Positions 1-13,099 of a stretch of 54,557 nt of DNA are shown one piece after another (positions within the stretch are counted from its first letter, which is position 1; each line of letters starts with the position of its first letter). Both the position numbers and the translations under genes were made by a program. The notes below the pieces were generated by a model. It saw only the letters and a program-made list of their open reading frames with translations. It was not told where the DNA came from and did no database searches. Source of the DNA: Priapulus caudatus (taxonomy: Eukaryota); assembly GCF_000485595.1 (NCBI RefSeq), contig NW_014577068.1, positions 400,379 to 454,935 on the forward strand, written 5' to 3'.

Positions 1-3000
1 CGTCGTTTGCGTTCGGACATCTTCACCTATTGTGAATCCCGTCAGCTTTTCAGGTTCTCCAGGTAAATGTTCGTATGAATGTGATCGTATTTCTGTGACC
101 TCCCAAAAACATTCGTATTTGTTTGTATAATAAGGGGTTTTCTTTTGGTCTCTTTTTTTTCTTCCTTGCCATATGTTGTTTCTCTTCTTCATTGCTACAT
201 TTACCCTCCACGTATTCCTCTCCCCCCTCTTATATTGTACTCGGTCGTATATTTGTTCCTGTTACTTTTGCTGTTACTATTGTTCTGTTTAGTTTTCATA
301 TTTTTTTGCAATGAAAATCGACAATATTTCACACTTAAAATTTCATTGTTTGAAATCTGCAGAGAAACCAGAAAGGCCTACCAGTCTACCCCTAGACCAG
401 TCTGATGGTCATAGTCTGACATCCCCACCTTTCTCCCAAGAGCTGCTGCAAGGGTCAATGCTACACAAGCAAAATGGTCATCAGAATTCACCACATGACT
501 CACCTTCTCAAAAAGGTAAGGAATCATAATTACGATATTCATGGATAAGAGGGCCCGCATCATATATTATCATCTCAAATGCCACTGCTCTAATCGCGTA
601 TAATCGATCGTGAACGCTTGCAGTCGGAGTCACTGGCAGCACGCCTCCGCAGAAGGACACCGGCCCGGGGCCGGGCACCGCACGCGCGCTATCGCCCGCC
701 GCTGCCGTCGAGGCGCTGCCGTGCGAGGTGAATCTGACGAACGAGGGTGGCATCACCGTGCTGCAGCGCGGCGGACAGCGCCGCAGCGCCGCCTTCACGA
801 TCGAGTTCGACAACTCCGACGCGAAGAAGAGCGCCGTCTCGGAGAGCATGCACCGCTTCGAGAAGATCCTCGAGAAGCGGGGCAGCAGCGGCGGTGGCGC
901 GGGTCCGCCGTCGTCGAAGAGCGTCGACTCGCTGAAGAATCTGGCGTGCGCGACGAGCTCCGAGGTAATGTTGCCACGGCGACGTCATCATCCCGTTAAA
1001 TACCAACCTAATGATAACCTGGTCTTAGAGTACCAGATAATTGCCTGCCGTAATAGTTTCACCCATTATTAGCTGCAATAAATAATATTTAATTACAATA
1101 AGTAAGTAATGATAATCTTACAATGTAAGTAAGAATCTTGCATGCGGGACGAGCTTCGAGGTAACGTCGCCTCTCTGTGCCACGCCGACGTCATCACCCC
1201 CATTTAATACCTACCTACTGGTAACGTTGCCTGTTACCTACTACCTATACCAACCTAATGATGATCTAGTGTACCAGATAAATGCCTGCCGTAATAATTT
1301 TACCCGTTATTAGCTGCAATAAATTTTATACAATAAAATTGATTCGTACAATAATTTTTACAATGAATGAATGTTCGTAAATGAGACACTTGCCAGTGAT
1401 CGATGTTTGCGTCATGATGTTCTTATCGGCTCTCCTCTGAATCTCTGGAAACTTGTTGAAGCCTTGTGCAGTCCTCGTCATTGTCTCGTTTGACTTGTTC
1501 AGCAGAAGCCGGCGTTCGTGAGAGGTCAGAAGTCGCGTATGTCGATGGGGCCGAGGGGAAGCCCCAAGCACACGCCGCAGGAGACCGGCTACCTGTCCGA
1601 CAATCAGCTATCGGCCAGCGACCAGGAGGAGGACTACAGCACGAAGAGCGACGCACCGCAGACGAGGAAGCTGAAACTAAGCAGAGCACGTAAGGTCCCT
1701 CATACTGTGTTACTCTCTATACGTCAAAATCTGTAAACTCTGTGTGTGCTACAGGAAGCTAAAACTGAGCAGAGCACGTAAGGTCCCTCATACTGTGTTA
1801 CTCTCTATACATCAAAATCTGTAAACTGTGTGTGTGCTACAGGAAACTAAACCTAAGCAAAGCACATAAGGTCCCTTATACTGTGTTACTCTCTTACACA
1901 TCAAAATCTGTAAACTGTGTGCTCAGTTTTAGCTTCCTGTAGCACACACACAGTTTACAGATTTTGATGTATAAGAGAGTAACACAGTATGAGGGACCTT
2001 ACGTGCTCTGCTCAGTTTTAGCTTCCTGTAGCACACACAGTTTACAGATTTTGATGTGCAGAGTAACAGAGTGCGAGAGACCTTAGTGCTTTGCTTAGGT
2101 TTAGTTTCCTGTAGCACACAGAGCACGTAAGGTCCCTCGTACTGTGTTACCCTCTTATACATCAAAATCTGTAAACCGTGTGTGTGCTACAGGAAGCTAA
2201 AACTGAGCAGAGCACGTAAGGTCCCTCATACTGTGTTACTCTCTATACATCAAAATCTGTAAACTGTGTGTGTGCTACAGGAAGCTAAAACTGAGCAGAG
2301 CACGTAAGGTCCCTCATACTGTGTTACTCTCTATACATGAAAATCTGTAAACTGTGTGTGTGCTACATGAAGCTAAAACTGAGCAGAGCACGCAAGGTTC
2401 CTCATACTGTGTTACTCTGCACATCAAAATCTGTAAACTGTGTGTGTGCTACAGGAAACTAAACCTAAGCAAAGCACTAAGGTTCCTCGTACTCTGTTAC
2501 TCTGCACATCAAAATCTGTAAACCGTATGTGTGCTACACAGACCAGGAAGCTAAAGCCCTGTATGTAAAGTCCCACCCACAATTAACCTTGTAAGCTTTG
2601 TGCACAAAGACATCAATGTTTACAAATCATGCAAGCCGAGTATGCCATACAAAATCGACTGCCTGCTGTTGCTATATTCATCATAGAACACAATATTTTA
2701 ATTATTTGATGATATTAGCAGTTTAATCACCACTATTTGTGGATGAGTGAGAACAAGTATGTGTGATATTAGCACTATAACTATTAACACTAAGCAAATA
2801 ATGCGAAGGAAATTCTTAACCTCCATCTATAATACAGTAGGAAAATGCGTTCCAAGACAGTGTTTACAAGCCGCTTCTAAAAGCGTTTATCTGCCGAGAT
2901 TTCACACGCCGATTCTGGCCAAAATTGTGCATTATCACTCATAACCCAACGTATTTCGTGGAACATACTTTTCTTACCTTTGTATCAAATCTTCTTTGCG

Positions 3001-6000
3001 ACCTCTTGTCGACGCTCCTCTTTCATAAAGTTTACTTTTAGAGCGTGTACGGTAAGTTTGTCATATGTCGCCATTAGTGTATCCCAGGTGTGCATCCGGG
3101 TATGCGGATAATCTTGCACCTCTACAGATGTGCTGCCCTCCAGCGGCAACTGTTTCTAGCGGCTAACCCCATTAGGCAGCATTAGTATTATTATAAGCAT
3201 TATTAGCATTGGTAATTAATGGATGTGATCAACACGCGTTTGTTTTGTCGACAGTGCAAAAGCACAAGACGCTGGAGCAGCAGCTGGCCAACTACAAGAG
3301 CAGAAAAGCAGCGGTGACCACCGCGCCGGCAAAACCCGAGCCGCCCGCGAAAAAGGCACCGCCGGCAGGGGGCGCCACCACCACCGCGCCCGAACTGAAG
3401 TCGACCAAGTCCTACCTGCTGAACAAGATGTTTGCGGGCGAGAGGAGGTTGGGAAGCGCCCCGGCAGGTGGCGCCACTCGCCACGCCGGCTCGAAGCACG
3501 AATTTCAACTGCAGCCCGAGTCGCGCGCGACGGCCCAGTGCTCGATGCTCTCCCCCCAGAGGGCGCTGCCGCAGGACTCGCCCGACGGCCTCGAGGACCT
3601 GCACAGTGAGGCCGGCACCTACGTGATAGAGCCGAGCGCTGAGGAGGAGTCGGCGCGTAAGTGCATCGAGGCCGTCTTTGGGCTGAAGATGTCGCCGCCG
3701 GGCGGCGGCGCGGGGGCGCCACCGTCACCCGAGCGCACGCCGACGTCGCCGCCGCCGCGCGATGCCGACACGGAGTCGATCCACACGTACGTGATCGACG
3801 CGAGCAACGGCCACGCGAACGCGCTCGACGCCGCCCGCAAGAACATCGACGACGTGTTCGGCGTGATGGCGCCACCGGAGGGGCTCGAGCGACCTGTGAT
3901 AAGCAGCGACGACGAGGCGGACTCGCTCGATGGCAACGCCGGCAATCCCGCGGGCATCGAGAAGGCCGACAACGAGAAGAGGGAGAAGTCGATGGAGAGA
4001 GACACGAAGAAACCCGCCGACTCAGGAAGTGAATCGTTAAAGGAAAAGGTGGGGAGTTTTTATCGTAAAGTATTGTTAACTAAAACACGACGTATGGTCA
4101 GTCCGAGGCACGCTAGCAAGGTCATTGTGTGACTCTATTACAACTAGGACTTCGGTACAAATAAATACGAAATTTGGTCTTAACAGTTATCATTAATTAT
4201 ATAATTGTAATAATAATAAATTATAAAATATATTAACTGTTATTAATAACGTTTTTTAAACGTCAGGTCGTTTTAAACGTTTGGTCGTTGTACAAAACTA
4301 CTATCCTATCCTATCCTAGACTAGACTAGACACTGATGCAGTGTGCTTGTGCATGCTCAAGTAAATTTTGAACGAAACGGTGGTGCCGATTTGTTTACTT
4401 TTCGCAGACTTCATTCATCACATTACAATACTTGTTTATGCTTATCGTGGCAGTTTTAGAACAGCTTCATGTGGTAATCAGTAACCGGCAGTGTGTCTGC
4501 AAACAGTTCTGCGCACTTTTAACACCGGTGAGGTCTTTGATCGTCGAGTTGTCCTGTCGTTCTCTACAGCGTCCGCTTCTCTTTCCCGGCAGACGTTTGT
4601 GATTCCCCCGAGAGACGAACCCGACAGCGCTCCCAAGTGGGTGAATCAGTGGGCGTCTCGGCGAGGTCTCGACGGCTCGAGCGGCGAGCTCGCCACGCCG
4701 ACGGAGGAGCGAGACGGCAGCGAGACGCCCGAGGCCGGAGACGACGAGGCGGAGGCCGGCCGGCGGACGCCGACGAACACCGAGGCAGCGTCCGCCTCGC
4801 TCGCGCGCACGGACAGCCTCGAGACGAAGACCTTCCTCAAGGACACCGAGGACGTGATGGCGGCCATGATGCAGCGGCTCGGCGAGCGCGAGACCGAGGA
4901 GATCCTCGCACGGCTGTCGTCGTCGTCGGACGACGCGGTGGGGAAGCGGCGCAAGCGGCGCAGCAACGAGGACGCCGACGCGGACAGCCTGAGCGCGCCG
5001 CTCGCGAAGGGCACGACGCGGCGCGGCGCGCCCAACGTGACGCCGGCGCCCTCTGCGCGCCCTGCCGGCGCCGCGTACAACACGAGCATCGAGAAGGCGT
5101 TCGAGCACCTGCGGGAGCGCGACGCGGCGAGCGACGGCGGTGCGTCCGACCGCTCGTCGACGACGGGCGGACACGCCGAGGCGAGGGCGAAACCGGCGAA
5201 GACGGGCATGAAGACGAATCGCGCGTTCGCGCTGCGCCGAGCGCGCCTCGACAGCGCCGACGCGGCGGATCTCGTCGTCGCGGCGACGGCGCGGCCGACG
5301 TCGGCAGGAAGCGCGCGATCCTCGTCCGGCCGGACGGGCGGGAAGACGACGGCGACTCCTGCTCCCTCCGCGGCGCCGGCGGCTGCCAGGGGAGCGTTCC
5401 AGAGGAATGACGGCGGGAGGTTCAGCCTGAGGGCGTCTCACCTCAGCCGGCCCACGGCCTCCAGTGATAGCCGACACAAGGCCGCCTCGCAAACGAAGCA
5501 GGTGAGCGCGCAGGCGGGCCGTAAATCGGTTTCGCAAAGCTACGTTCGCCATCGTTCAAACTTTTCGATTCTTTATTAGCAGTAAATCGAGGATATCCAG
5601 TGCGTTTCTGCTACGTCGTGATTGTTGTAGTTTGTTATTTATTGAATAACAATATCATTCACAATTCATATCAAATCACATATGTATCTATTCGTGAATG
5701 ACTGCGTCTGTTGATAGAAGTGGCGATTAAGACACAGGAATGTGCATGCATTATGCAGGTGAAAAAGCCAGTGAGCCAGGGTGCCTCCAAGGAGAAAGAG
5801 TTAAAGGCATGGAATAGAAGGAAAAGTTACGATCCGATGAGGGCAGCCGCTGAGGGCAGAGAGAAAAAGAAGCAGATGTCTAGTGATCTCAGGTGATACG
5901 TCTAATTTCTTACTATTTTCATGTAGCATTCGCAGTTTTACACAGGAATCTCATATTTGTGATTCTCTGTATATGGCGCCGTTCTATTATTTGAGGTGAC

Positions 6001-6102
6001 TTTTGTTAACTCCCTCGACGTTTTTGTTCTGGGGCCAGCGAAGCTTAGGCCGGGGATTCGGTCATTCATCCACTTACTTTTTGACTACTACTACTGCTAC
6101 TA

Positions 6103-6160
<58 letters not shown>

Positions 6161-9100
6161 AGCTGCTGCAGCAGCTGCTACTGCTACTGCTACTGCTGCT
6201 ACTGCTACTGCTACTGCTACTGCTACTGCTGCTGCTGCTGCTGCTGCTGCGGCGGCGGCTACTGCTACTGCTGCTGCTGCTGCTGCTGCTGCAGCTGCTG
6301 CAGCAGCTGCTACTGCTGCGACGGCGACAGTGACTACTACTACTACTACTACTACTACAACTGACTCATACTGCTACATAGCTGCTCAACATGTACCACA
6401 GGATATGGAATAATGGGATATGGATAACGGGGTGGGGGAGTCTACATCACAGTTATGCACGGTTGCTGCGTGATGCTGCGTGCATGCACATGTCCGCTGA
6501 CTCGTCGACGTTTCCCTCGTTGCTCCCGCAGCCGTCAGTCATCATCGAACGAGCAGAGTGACGTCGAGGTGAGCATCGTCGGTCTCAGCACTGAGGACGA
6601 TGAGGACAGCCTGAGCATCGCCAGCAGTGGCGCCTCCTCGCGAGCATCGTCGCGGCGACGACTCGAGCGCGCCGACGACAGCAGCTCCATGTCGAGCGGG
6701 ATGCAGCAGGTAGGTGTTGTCGTGCGCGCGACGTCGAGGAGAGGCGAGAGTCGTGCCGCGGTCGGTGGGTCCGGCTGGGATGTGTGGTCTCGTTTTGTGC
6801 TCGTTTATTTGTAAATGTCGTATCATGCACCCACGTCGCGTCGTACCGTTGATTTCTCGATCGCTGTGTTGATTTCCTTATCGATTATTTTATTGCCGAT
6901 TGATTGAGTGTCGTGAGAAGAATGAAGTTGCTAGGTTGTACGTTTCACGAACTCGCATTCACTGGCCGTTGCACTGCCGTATTTTCACGATTAGCGGCTC
7001 GGCTCCGACCCCCTGTGTACGCAGCACAAGACGGCTTATTCCCGGCTCTCGGGCCACACGATGAGTAGCTCGCTTCCGGCCGGCGCCACCGCCTCACACA
7101 ACATAGTCACGGCCCAGCCAGTCGGTTTCAGATCACCGTTTGCGCAATCATGTGTTCTTGGGCGGATCACGGAGCACGCGCAGGACGTGTGGAGCCCGTC
7201 CCGCGCAAGCAAGGAGGTTCGTTTCAACCTGAACCCTGCCTGTGCACTGTTGCCCTGCCTGTGCACTGTTGCCCTGCCTGTGCACTGTTGCCCTGCCTGT
7301 GCACTGTTGCCCTGCACGTGGCCGTGAGGCACGAGAGATTGTAATGATCACGCATGGAGTTCGTTGCATGAGCATATTGTCATGTAGAGAAGGATGGTTC
7401 CGCCGCACAGCATGGTTTTGTTCGGAGTAGTCTGCAGCATGCGAGCAGTGGCCTGTGATTTACCACGCGTGTTGTGCCATTCATCTGTATGCCTAGATAT
7501 GTCTGTTGCCTAGATGAACTTCCCATTTGAGTCTTTCTGTGAGACATTTGCCTTGTAGTATGGCCTAACTAATAATACGAATGGTCTTGCTACTACTGCT
7601 GCTGCTAGTGACAGTGATGATGCTATATCATAATATGATAATTTCAACTATTAATTGGTTTAATGAATAGCTGAGCATGAATTTATTTCCTGACAAAGCT
7701 TCCTGTTTTAGAGTGAAGGTCAAGGTTATTAATAAATGTAAGCAAGCTACTAAGTCGACTAACATGCATATGAGTTGATAGGCATGTGGCTGTGAGTGTA
7801 GTCAATTCATAGTGCTGCACAATACCTGTGTTGAGGACGCAAAAATAATGAACAGTTATGCTAGACAAATGTGCTTTGTACTCGTTTTGGCGTATATATG
7901 TCACAGATTGGTACTGATGTAATTATTAGTCGCATACTGATCGTATGCTTGAAGTTGCGAGTCATTGCTAGATTTGCAGCATTGAAGTGGACACTCGTAT
8001 CAGATTATTTTTGCTGTAGTACATGAATGTTAAGTTGTAATCATGGAAATCAGAGGAACCGTTAACGTAAGATTTGGGAATAATTACAATGTGTAAAATA
8101 AATGGGAGTGATTAGTAGTAGTTTAAGTGTGCAGATCAATGTAAAAATGTAAAGAAGATGACCATATTTTGTAATGCTTATTGTTATTCATTGTCTTCAC
8201 ATTAACCCTGCATAGGAATCGGACATTGATATGTATATGATATGGGTTGATCATGTTGGTTGCTTATTGTCAGCTAGGACATTAATTACATCTACAAGGG
8301 CAGATAAGGATAAGAGTCATAACTACTACTGGTTATGAAAAATAAGAAAAAGAGAAATTTAACATGTGATCATGGTTTTTTATTGATCTTTCATATGTTG
8401 ACATTTATACACATTTAAGCTAGTTTTTATGCGATATTTATGCTTTCTTGGTTTTATTTTGTGTTTCAGACATTCGACAGTTTGATCTTATCCACCATCC
8501 TTCAGCTGGCCTTTAAACTTGGCAACAGCTCTGATCGCACTCTCTATCGCGTTCGGTAAGCCACGCAGTATTATTTCCATAACATGAGATGTAAATTCTA
8601 CACGTGTTCGTTTTCATAGATATATCATTGTTCATGCAGTTATCACTTTGCTTGTAATACATATTTTTACTTAAATTATACAGAATCAAACCTGTGCTAG
8701 CAGTTAGCTCTGTAGAATATGCACCAAGCTGTCTATGAAAGACAGCCTTTGCCTTTTCCTCGAGCTCCCGGATATACAGTGCAACCACTTGGCATTTTAT
8801 TTGAGTGAACCTGTATATCCAGGTGCAACTATGTGTGTGTGTGTGCGTGTGCGTGCGCGTGCGCGTGCGCGTGCGCGTGTGCGTCTGTGTCTGTGTGTGC
8901 AAGCAAGTGTGAGAGTGCGTGTGCATGCGTCTGTGTTTGTGTTTGTATTTATTAGTAGTATTGCTAACTAATAGTACTTCCTTTGTTAATCATCAGCGTT
9001 TTTCGGTTTGAACCCATGTTTTGCTTGAGGTTAATTTATTGTACAATGAATTTTATAGGGAACATATGGGGATGGCAACAGGTAGTGATGATGCGCAACA

Positions 9101-9483
9101 CACAGATGAGCTGCCAGAACTGGCCACTTTAAATCCACAGAAAAACATGGCTGCCATTCTTCGCAGCCTGAAGCGTGTTGAGCGAAACCTTGAAGGTATA
9201 CAATTGTCATGTACTTTTTATGCATCTTTTCATTTTGAGATTTTGTCATTTCATTGTGTATCATATATGCTTTTTTTTGTTTTCAGAAATTGACAAAGAT
9301 GTTGAGTCTGATGCGCTACATCTTCCTACAGAGATGTCTAGGTCTGTACCCCAGCGATCAAAGCACCGCAGTGGAGACATGGTGGATGACCTTCAAAAGT
9401 CTGTGACGAGCCTCAACTTTGATGACCCTGTCCAAGCTGGTGATTCACAACCAGACCTATTTGCTGACGAGGAATTCTTCTAA
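1..9483 (+). CDS. CEP170: CEP170-family centrosomal/microtubule-associated protein, 3' part (multi-exon; 5' end lies upstream of the window)
   Basis: Phase-consistent GT-AG exon chain read by hand: <1-62, 363-515, 624-964, 1503-1689, 3255-4048, 4593-5501, 5759-5892, 6532-6709, 7025-7216, 8470-8555, 9059-9195, 9287-9483 (TAA). Motifs recalled from CEP170-like proteins: AFTIEFD, EDLHSEAGTYVIE, ARKNIDDVFGV, TKTFLKDTEDVMAAM, KTNRAFALRRARL, FQRNDGGRFSLR, WNRRKSYDPMRAAAEG, and a C-terminal FDSLILSTILQLAFKL...AILRSLKRVERNLEEID segment. The N-terminal FHA domain is not in the window. Acceptor at 4593 chosen on phase. Confidence 0.8.
935..1325 (+). repeat. Diverged direct duplication of a CEP170 exon end + splice donor + intron start
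   Basis: AAGAATCTGGCGTGCGCGACGAGCTCCGAG|GTAATG...TTAGCTGCAATAAAT (~935-1083) recurs as AAGAATCTTGCATGCGGGACGAGCTTCGAG|GTAACG...TTAGCTGCAATAAAAT (~1131-1324). Confidence 0.85.
1665..2550. repeat. 88-bp minisatellite (~10 units) with an internal inverted block (~1918-2119)
   Basis: Unit CAGGAAGCTAAAACTGAGCAGAGCACGTAAGGTCCCTCATACTGTGTTACTCTCTATACATCAAAATCTGTAAACTGTGTGTGTGCTA; starts at 1752, 1840, 2190, 2278, 2366, 2452; ~1918-2119 is the reverse complement. Confidence 0.95.
6083..6362. repeat. Compound (CTG/CTA)n trinucleotide microsatellite in CEP170 intron
   Basis: Directly visible; produces the spurious poly-C/A/L ORFs. Confidence 0.95.
7234..7316. repeat. 19-bp tandem repeat (~4 copies) in CEP170 intron
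   Basis: CCCTGCCTGTGCACTGTTG repeated. Confidence 0.9.
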
Positions 9484-12400
9484 ACTGTTTAAAAAAAATT
9501 TAAGGTGGAAAAGGGGAAATTATTTCACACTATTGCTGAACTATATAACACCAGTGCCATCTGCTGGTGTGTAGATATATATACAAATAAAACAAGTGCA
9601 GTTAGCATTTTCCTGCTTATAGCCATCTCGTTATCTTATACGTCAGCCTGCCAAGTGTTTACTGCAGCTGCAAGTTCTATGAACAATTATAATCTAATTT
9701 ATGTGGCAAAGTACAGGTCGGGCAGATACAGTATGACAGGTTGTGAACATTAACTGAATGAGAGCTTCTAAGATTCAGGGGTTTCTCCCATATGATCTGC
9801 TAACACACGTGCATATCTGATCATGCTAAACACTAAGATGCACACGTGTTATGAGAGCACATCGCTATATTAGAATGCAGATGTGTGTTTCTTTGATAAT
9901 TAACTTTCTTGTGGTAAGAACACGTGAATTGGTTGTCGAGAAAAAATGGTTGTCAGAAGTGTGAAATTTTACATACACTGTCTAAGAGAACTTTCTTGTA
10001 TCATGTACATACGATTGCTAGCTTCCGTTTAAGCTTATGTTTTGTATGGTATTATTTATTAAACTATATATGCCAATTGCTTTTTATAAAAATTGTGTGC
10101 AAAAATATGTAAAACATACATACACAGTATTTTCATGTGTAAATATATGTTACGTCCAATATGAGCTGGAATGCTGATCTGTGTGTAATTAATATATTGT
10201 GCATATACAGCTGTTTAGTCTAAAGTTAACATATTTACTTCAATACTTAGGTGCTGGAGTGTCAAGCTTTAGCTTGTCAGTAAAGCCGTCGCTTGTAATG
10301 AATTTGAAGAAAGTTAAATCTTTAGTGTTGAAAGCACTATGGCTCCCTCAAAGCCATTTAAAAGCTCGTCAAATCTTTAGGAAAAGGTATTTATCTTTTG
10401 CAAAGCCAATTACTGTCTAGTCTCAACAGGTTGTGGATTATGAAGGAAGTGATGTGTTTATTGGAACCCCAGTGTTGTCTATTCGTCTGCATGGCAGAAT
10501 TGTGATGGCGAACTGTCTGAACTGTTGGTCAGAATAAGTTGGTCAAATTAAACTGTCTCACACTGACGTCTTAAGAGAAGGCATGTGCGTAAATGAGTTT
10601 TATTCTATTCCTTAATTGTTTCACGATGTCGTGAAAATTTTACTATACGCAAATGCAGGGGTTAGATGGGTCGTGGTAAAATCGAGGTTCGAATACAATA
10701 CATCGTTAAATTAGGAGAATGTAATTAGTGAATTCTAACAGCATTAATGCATCGATTTTATTCACGTCATCACGTCACGTCACGTCATCATTTAAATATT
10801 GCAATTCAGTCAAAATCTCATCCCAGCTGACCCCTCCCTTTTAGATTGGCTCATGCACACGCACGCGTATAACATAAGCATATACACATATCATTCGCGT
10901 CGGAACGTTTTGGCGGTTATACCAAAAGGTGTTTTCGCGTTCGCGTTTACGAGTGCGCGTGCGGGAGCGATTGTGCGCAATATTATCCAATATAGATTAA
11001 CGATATGATCCGATATAGAAAAACGCAGTGGATCTCACCCTAACACTACAATAACTAAAAAAAAGGAATAGCGATAATTTCTTGAAAAAAAAATCCCCCA
11101 CGTGGAAGAAATTAACATTGGAGATGAGATTTTTTCATTGCTTTGTCGGCAAAACATCTTGATGGTATTTACCGCACTATCGCATTCTAATTAAATGATA
11201 GAGAGCAAGCGTTGTGCCACGCGAAACAGCTAAATATGCGTTTGCACATGCCAAGTAAAATATACATAGCACATATCAACTAACAGTTCCGTATGAAAAT
11301 ATCTGTTGTAGTGTCTGTTTAATAATTATAAGGCCCCTTCGTCCGATTCTCTCTATTCTGGCATAGGGTCAAACATGTTTGTTCATGTCCACAGCCTAAA
11401 AATGGTAACATTATTTTGTTAATAAAAAAAAAAATTAACCAAGATAGATCTATTATCTACCAACCGAATGAACTTATTTAATAACGAGTTATTTTGTTGA
11501 TAGTGTGATATACAGGAAGCTCGTCGCCCATGGTTCCACCCGTGACGTCATATTCTGTACACACGCGTACGCACGCGCGCACGGACGCACATGCACAAGC
11601 ACACTCGCTTATTACACACATCATACATCGCGGGTACAAAAACGTGTAGCTTTCTGGTGGAAATCCACAGTAACGAGCCGCAAAATACGCGTGCATAGAG
11701 ATCATACTAACAGAAGTGAATATATACAAACAAATTGCTTTTATTTACTGCAGAATAATACAATTGTATGCTCATGGCAATAACCATAGAAATAATATAC
11801 TACAGTAGTAGTTAGACTCAGTATACAGTATTTCTATGGCAAAAACATAACTATTATAGTGTGTTCGCTTATGTGTGGCTGTATGGGTGTTGCGCTTGCG
11901 CGCGTGCGCGCGTGCCTGTACTTGGGTATTGCGTGTGCGTGAGCGCGTGCGCATAACATTAATTTGCCCGTGAATCGAAGGAATACTACGATTTCTATAT
12001 TCCAAAAGTTTTTCGCGCACGTTGTACTGCGTATATACGCATAAACATATAATATACATAGTTCCAGGAGTGTATAATAATAGATCTATTATTAATCACT
12101 CCTGATAGTTCTACATCTATACTGGATATGAATGTGTTCATGATACGCACATATAATACCAACCCGTTAATGCGCTCTTGATAATACGCATACGTGAGTG
12201 CATCCAGAAAATATGAGCAGAGGTCAAGTGAATGTGACTCGAAAACAGTTGAGGGTAGCTCAATCCGCACAGATTTCTTTCATATAACACTAATCAGTTG
12301 ACCTGGATTTTGACTGTATACATTTTCTATTTTGAAGTACTTCATTGATTCCATATCAACTACGGCAACTTATCACAACATATTACTGGAAAAACCCACT

Positions 12401-13099
12401 TTGCCATCACAAAATTGGTGAGGGGCTCATCTTCTGGACCTTCCCCTTATAGAAATGGAGCGTCAAGTTAACTTCACTGTTTTACTTGAGCTACTACAGC
12501 TAAATAAAGACCGTCCACGTTTTCCCTTCTACTTATCTGAAATCTCACTATATTTCATTATTATAGAGGCTCGTGTGGAAGAATGCTGCAGGATAACTTA
12601 TGTTTTCCCAATAAGACACAACTGAAATAGTTCTAACGTGTAGCTAGTGGAACCCCGAGTCATAAACCATGAATGAGATTCAGTTTGTTTATTTCGTTCT
12701 TATCAATGAAATAAACTACCCCATCAGAGTTCAATTAAGCAATTAATTGAATGATTAAGCACGCACGTACAAACACATGCATGAACGCACACGCACGCAT
12801 GCACACACAATTAAAGTAGATGTAAACAAGTAATCACAGAATCTGCATCAACCTTTAAATAATTTCAGTCACTTTTATGTACTATTTCATACATCATACC
12901 AATTTCATATTTTGAGTTTACCAAAATTACCTCACACGACGCTAATTTTTGTTTGTTTTAACAACTTTCTATTACATTGAAACTTCCATGCAAGCTTTTA
13001 ACTTGGATGCAACTACTTGTTTCGACAACATATTTTTATGAGTTTCGTCCGACTTTCCACACACAAATAGCACAAACTACAGGGCTACCTGGCACCCAA

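Noticed and set aside
1665..2550. CRISPR-like appearance of regular repeats
   Set aside because: Units are contiguous with no unique spacers, derive from an exon junction, eukaryotic context, no cas genes.
3203..5552. Long antisense and alternative-frame ORFs (e.g. 4467-5552 -, 3216-3875 -, 4637-5410 +)
   Set aside because: Shadows of GC-rich CEP170 exons; Arg/Ala-rich with no motifs.
5996..6413. Poly-Cys, poly-Ala and poly-Leu ORFs
   Set aside because: Translation of an intronic CTG/CTA microsatellite; flanking exons splice in phase without it.
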